DNA of 64,000 nucleotides from a bacterium (GTDB lineage Bacteria; UBA8248): NCBI GenBank assembly GCA_965202625.1, contig CBDBBI010000010.1, positions 2,441,142 to 2,505,141 of the forward strand, read 5' to 3'. Shown piece by piece: positions 56,113 to 64,000 of this stretch (position 1 is its first letter; each line of letters starts with the position of its first letter). The notes under the pieces were generated by a model. It saw only the letters and a program-made list of their open reading frames with translations, ran no database searches and was not told where the DNA came from. The position numbers and the translations under genes were made by a program.

Positions 56113-56229
56113 GCCGCACTTCATGCGAGCAAGGGCGCCCAGAGCAAGAGGGCGCGCAAGGCTGCTTCGCCCTTTTCATCTTGCGGAGAAATGCACTATA
56201 AAACCCTCCGTGATCGGCATCTTTAGTCG

Positions 56230-60018
<3,789 letters not shown>

Positions 60019-60110
60019 GCGCCCGCTCCCCCAACGCCGTTGACGGATCGGGCTTGCGCGGCTAGATTGCGGGGCGCGACGTTCCGGCCCGGAAGGCCCG
60101 CCGGCGGAAT

Positions 60111-60195
60111 GCGAGGGTGGCGGAACTGGCAGACGCGCTGGATTTAGGATCCAGTGCCTTCGGGCGTGGGGGTTCGAATCCCCCCCTTCGCACCA
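60111..60195 (+). tRNA. tRNA-Leu (anticodon TAG), type II with long variable arm, CCA encoded
   Basis: GCGAGGGTGGCGGAACTGGCAGACGCGCTGGATTTAGGATCCAGTGCCTTCGGGCGTGGGGGTTCGAATCCCCCCCTTCGCACCA; anticodon stem CTGGA/TCCAG with loop TTTAGGA. Confidence 0.85.
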
Positions 60196-60364
60196 CAGAA
60201 AAATTTTGAATATTTGATAGCCATACCGTGGGCGGTGCTTTGCGCCGCCCGAAATTTTTGCCATTTCGTTTTCGTATTTGGTTATCTTTATAAAAAATGA
60301 AAATATATTGCCTGTATGCGAAAATAGCATTGACATACGATAAATAATGACCATATTTATAAAT

Positions 60365-60586
60365 ATGGACAATCAAGAAGGTAAGAAAGAGCGATTTAAG
60401 CGATTGGCTTCACGGCGAACCAATGCGGTGCTGCAAAAGCTCAAAGTATTGGGAAACTGCGCCAACCGCAGCGTTTACGAATACACAGAAGAAGATATTC
60501 ATAAAATTTTCTCAGAAATTGAACGATTTGTAAGGGAGACGAAATCAAAATTTCACTTTCCTCACAATAGGAGGTTCAAGTTATGA
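60365..60586 (+). CDS. hypothetical small protein in AT-rich islet (coupled to downstream GHKL-like gene)
   Basis: 73-79 aa, basic/helical; stop overlaps next start (ATGA). Confidence 0.35.
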   Translation: MDNQEGKKERFKRLASRRTNAVLQKLKVLGNCANRSVYEYTEEDIHKIFSEIERFVRETKSKFHFPHNRRFKL

Positions 60587-62958
60587 CAAACGACGAAATG
60601 AAAGGATTTGCTCTTTCACTGGCGAAAGCGGACAAGGAAAAAGAAGTCGTCAAAATCTTGAAAGAATCGGGATATTGGAATGATGATAGCGCTTGGCGAG
60701 AATATGGGGACAATTCAATGAATTTCTCTATTATCGCCAACCAAAGTGGTTTCGCCGACCACGCATTGGTGGAAAAACTGATCAATTCAGTGGATGCCGT
60801 ATTGATGAGAGAGTGTTGGAGTCGGGGGATCGCACCGGATAGTGCAGGTGCCCCGAAGAACATTGCCGAGGCGCAAAGAAAATTTTTCGGCATTCGCAAC
60901 GGCAAGCTATCAAGCATGGATGGAACGCAAAGGGCGAGACTTGCAGACAACATTTTACTCGTCGCCAGCGGTAGTAAAACGAAGCCCTCATTCTCCATTA
61001 TAGATAAGGGAGAGGGTCAGACGCCGAATAGTATGCCCAAAACGATACTATCTTTGACCAAAGAGAACAAAATCAAGATTCCGTTCGTGCAAGGCAAGTT
61101 CGGAATGGGTGGAACCGGTGTGTTAAGGTTTTGTAGCTCTGAACATCATTTGCAACTTTTGATCTCAAAGCGCAATGTAAATATCCGAGATCACGACGAA
61201 GATCCGACGAAGGCCTTTTGGGGCGTGACAATCATTAGACAGGAAGAACCCAAAGAGGGGATGCGTAATTCACACTATACCTACTTGGCTCCAGAGGGGC
61301 GGATATTGTCGTTTGAGGCGCGTGCATTGCCTCTGTTGCCAAAAGCTCACCCAAGAGCATTTGGCAATCCGCTTGAATCGGGAACATATGTCAAGCTGTA
61401 TGAATATGAGATAGGCCCACCGCTACCCAGTATAATCGCTTTTGCTTTGTATTATCGTCTTTCGCTTCTCATGCCTGATGTGGCTTTGCCCATCAGAATG
61501 TTTGAACGACGGGACTATGAAGGCCATGCTCACGAAAAAACGCTTGCCGGTTTAAGCGTGCGTTTGGATGATGATAGAAGCGGCAATCTCGAGCCTGAGT
61601 TCCAAAAGCCCAGCACGGGAGAAATAACTATTGATGGGGAAAAATTTAATTATTCCATTTATGTTTTCAAAAAAGGGAAGAAGGGGAATTATGCAAGAAA
61701 CGAGGGTATTGTTTTTTCGATAAATGGGCAAGCGCATGGATTTTTGCAAAAGCGATTTTTTGAGCGCAAAGCAGTGGGGATGTCCTATCTATCCGATAGT
61801 ATTTTGATAGTGATGGACTGCTCGAAAATATCAAGAAAAATGCAGGAAAAATTATTTATGCCCAGTCGGGACCGGCTTGCTCGGACTTCATTTCTGAGCG
61901 ATATTGAAAAAGAGTTGGAGAGTATCATAAAAACCCACCCTGGACTGAAAGATCTGCAAAGCAGACGTCGTGAAGAAACACTCTCCGACAAGTTGCGAGA
62001 TTCCAAACGGCTTGATGATCTCTTAACAGATATCATCAAGAAAGATCCAACCCTTTCAAATCTCCTTTTGAATGGCGGCAGAATACCAAACCCTTTCAAG
62101 ACGAAAGGGTCTGGCACCAGGAAGAAGTTCCAGGGGAAAAAGTTTCCGACTTACTTCGTTTTAGATAAGAGCTACACGGAGGACAGCCCTAAAGGTTGCG
62201 CAATCAACCGGAATTTTAGAGTCCAATATCAGACTGACGCCGAAAATGACTATTTCAATCGTGATCAAGATCAGGGAAAATTCACATTGAAACTGGGGGG
62301 AAGCGTAATTCGGGGTTCCTCTTTGAATTTATGGAACGGGCTGGCTAGTTTGACTGTAAATCTGCCAAAAGTAGATATCGGAGATTTGCGCTGTTTTGAA
62401 ACGGAAGTGTCTGATATAAGTAAAGTGGAACCTTTTCTAAGCGAGTTCTGGATTCGGGTAGAAAAAGCAAGTAAGTCGAATAATTCTAACGGAAATGGTA
62501 GAAAAGACCCACCAAGCGATGAGGAAGGCGAAAAGCGGCAAAGACAAGCGAATCTTGATATTCCTCAGGTAGTAGAGATACGAGAAGAACGTTGGGAAGA
62601 ATTCAAGTTCAACAAGGAAAGTTCTTTGCAAGTCAAAGGGACTGGTGAAGGCAATGGATATGATTTTTATGTCAACATGGATAACGTATACTTGAGAAAC
62701 GAACTTAGTAGAAACGAACTTAAAGGTAATGCCCAGGCCGACTCCAAGATATTAGAGGAAAGATATAAGACCGGAATGGTTCTTTTGGGTATGTCGCTTC
62801 TCCATTTTGACGAAAATCATGCCGAAAATAATAATGGCTCTGACCCAGACCAAAATGGTGTGTCCGTGTATGATCGCATCTCCGAATTTACGCAAGCCGT
62901 ATCTCTAGTTCTCCTTCCGATGATTGCATCGTTGGGCACTTTGGAATCCGAGACGTAG
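60583..62958 (+). CDS. large GHKL/Bergerat-fold ATPase-like protein (MORC/Hsp90/MutL-type ATP-binding motifs) with long unknown C-terminal region
   Basis: N-box ALVEKLINSVDA, G1 box IIDKGEGQT, G2 box GKFGMGGTGV in correct order within first ~200 aa; 791 aa; AT-rich compared with flanks. Confidence 0.5.
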   Translation: MTNDEMKGFALSLAKADKEKEVVKILKESGYWNDDSAWREYGDNSMNFSIIANQSGFADHALVEKLINSVDAVLMRECWSRGIAPDSAGAPKNIAEAQRKFFGIRNGKLSSMDGTQRARLADNILLVASGSKTKPSFSIIDKGEGQTPNSMPKTILSLTKENKIKIPFVQGKFGMGGTGVLRFCSSEHHLQLLISKRNVNIRDHDEDPTKAFWGVTIIRQEEPKEGMRNSHYTYLAPEGRILSFEARALPLLPKAHPRAFGNPLESGTYVKLYEYEIGPPLPSIIAFALYYRLSLLMPDVALPIRMFERRDYEGHAHEKTLAGLSVRLDDDRSGNLEPEFQKPSTGEITIDGEKFNYSIYVFKKGKKGNYARNEGIVFSINGQAHGFLQKRFFERKAVGMSYLSDSILIVMDCSKISRKMQEKLFMPSRDRLARTSFLSDIEKELESIIKTHPGLKDLQSRRREETLSDKLRDSKRLDDLLTDIIKKDPTLSNLLLNGGRIPNPFKTKGSGTRKKFQGKKFPTYFVLDKSYTEDSPKGCAINRNFRVQYQTDAENDYFNRDQDQGKFTLKLGGSVIRGSSLNLWNGLASLTVNLPKVDIGDLRCFETEVSDISKVEPFLSEFWIRVEKASKSNNSNGNGRKDPPSDEEGEKRQRQANLDIPQVVEIREERWEEFKFNKESSLQVKGTGEGNGYDFYVNMDNVYLRNELSRNELKGNAQADSKILEERYKTGMVLLGMSLLHFDENHAENNNGSDPDQNGVSVYDRISEFTQAVSLVLLPMIASLGTLESET

Positions 62959-62982
62959 CCGCTGTAACTATGGTGCACTTTT

Positions 62983-63013
62983 CCCCGTTTCGACCGGGTG
63001 GGGTTTGTTTTTT
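62983..63013 (+). terminator. putative rho-independent terminator closing the AT-rich islet
   Basis: CCCCGTTTCGACCGGGTGGGG followed by TTTGTTTTTT. Confidence 0.45.
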
Positions 63014-63030
63014 GAGGAGAGAATGAAGGA

Positions 63031-64000
63031 ATGAGCGGCACAGTGAGCGACGTTGACGCATGCACGAAGCGTCTGGAGGTCGCCGTCCCCCGCGCGGAAG
63101 TGTCAGAGGAGCTGGATCGCGCCTACAGACGCCTGTCGGGGCGCGTGAAGATGAAGGGCTTCAGAAAGGGCAAAGTCCCGCGCCACGTGCTCGAGCGCTA
63201 CTACGGCGAGGAACTGCAGGCGGAGGTGATGAATCACGTGATATCGACTTCTTGCCGAAGGCTGCTGGCGGACAGGGGGATGCGTCCGGTGGGAGAGCCG
63301 AGCGTGACCGACATCAAGATGGAGGACGACGCGCCGGAGCTGACCTACAGGGCGACGGTGGAGGTCATCCCTCCCTTCGCGCTCGGGCAGTATACGGGGC
63401 TTTCGGTGCGGGCGCATCGCCATCAGGTGACGGATGCGCTCGTCGATAAGCAGATCGAGGCTTTGAGGCGGCGGGCCGCCACGTTCGAGGACGTGGACAG
63501 GCTGGCCCAGGAGGGGGACTACGTCCTTTTCGACATTGGGGGCTTCCAGGACGGAAAGGCCGTCCCCGGGACCGGAGGAGAGAACCAGGCGCTTCTGATC
63601 GGCGGAGAGGGGAGCGAGGAGGCGCTGAGCGACGCGCTCGTCGGAATGGGGGGCGGCGAGGAGAAGGAGATCGAAATCGACGTTCCGGAGAACGCGGCGC
63701 CCAACGTCGCGGGCAAGCGCCTGCAATTCCGCATTCGCCTCAAGGAGGTGAAAGAGGCCCATCCGCCCGCACTGGATGACGATTTCGTCAAATCTCTGGG
63801 ACGGGGCTATACGCGCATGGAGGATTTGAGGGCGGACGTGGCGAGGGAGATGGAGTCCACGGAGGACGCCAACGCGCGAAGCCAGGCGATCTCCGAACTG
63901 CTGGGCGCGCTGATCGAAGCGCATCCCTTCCAGGCACCGCCCACGCTCGTGGAAGGCGAGGCGCAGGCGCAGGTTCGCGAATATGAGCGTCGCCTGCGTC
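63031..64000 (+). CDS. tig: trigger factor (partial, continues beyond window)
   Basis: GGAG RBS; N-terminal ribosome-binding domain with GFRKGKVP signature, PPIase domain (DYVLFDIGG...); open to window end in frame 1. Confidence 0.85.
   Translation, partial: MSGTVSDVDACTKRLEVAVPRAEVSEELDRAYRRLSGRVKMKGFRKGKVPRHVLERYYGEELQAEVMNHVISTSCRRLLADRGMRPVGEPSVTDIKMEDDAPELTYRATVEVIPPFALGQYTGLSVRAHRHQVTDALVDKQIEALRRRAATFEDVDRLAQEGDYVLFDIGGFQDGKAVPGTGGENQALLIGGEGSEEALSDALVGMGGGEEKEIEIDVPENAAPNVAGKRLQFRIRLKEVKEAHPPALDDDFVKSLGRGYTRMEDLRADVAREMESTEDANARSQAISELLGALIEAHPFQAPPTLVEGEAQAQVREYERRLR

Noticed and set aside
60330-60367. Possible sigma70 promoter (TTGACA at 60330) for the AT-rich islet genes
   Set aside because: No convincing -10 hexamer at 16-18 bp spacing; left unannotated.
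63103-63924. 273-aa minus-strand ORF at window end
   Set aside because: Antisense of trigger factor, which reads through to the window edge in frame 1 and was therefore missing from the ORF track.

Overview
This is a high-GC bacterial chromosomal segment whose backbone is conserved housekeeping and transporter genes, interrupted by four accessory regions, two of which (the ankyrin array and the defence hotspot) are the most likely previously undescribed content; these are in-window readings and no database search was possible.

Backbone genes:
- ruvCAB with a YebC-family regulator.
- polA, rnr, and smpB followed by a 361-nt tmRNA gene.
- ftsH, a cobalamin-dependent metH with folE2 and a MetE-like gene, and a tRNA-Leu(TAG).
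- A partial tig at the window end.
- Several transporter operons: a sugar ABC system, a TAXI-TRAP system, and an acyl-CoA/SDR cluster.

Accessory regions:
- **Ankyrin array (34.0-42.3 kb).** A tandem array of six paralogous secreted (signal-peptide) ankyrin-repeat protein genes on the minus strand, sharing N- and C-terminal motifs. It carries recombination scars: an in-frame two-unit fusion gene, a paralog with the signal peptide deleted, a paralog with its ATG mutated to ATA, and perfect 99-bp tandem duplications. A HEPN-like gene sits at its head.
- **Defence hotspot (43.8-47.8 kb).** Located between a bicupin gene and pdxH, it holds two tandem cargo segments, each flanked by about 170-bp duplicated copies of the neighbouring gene 3' ends joined at an 11-bp microhomology.
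  - Cargo A is a translationally coupled ABC/SMC-type AAA ATPase plus a small protein with a PD-(D/E)xK-like signature, which I put forward as a candidate undescribed two-gene defence system.
  - Cargo B is an AT-rich ThsB-like TIR-domain gene with a standalone 2TM (SLATT-like) partner and no ThsA.
- **tRNA-Leu islet (60.2-63.0 kb).** An AT-rich islet encoding a 791-aa GHKL/Bergerat-fold ATPase-like protein with a coupled small ORF.
- **tmRNA-adjacent region (18.85-20.9 kb).** An AT-rich region with no recognisable integrase.

Smaller oddities: a 15-G homopolymer inside the SDR gene, a roughly 160-aa transmembrane insertion inside NBD2 of the sugar ABC ATPase, a crotonase pseudogene, and a C-terminal frameshift in pdxH.
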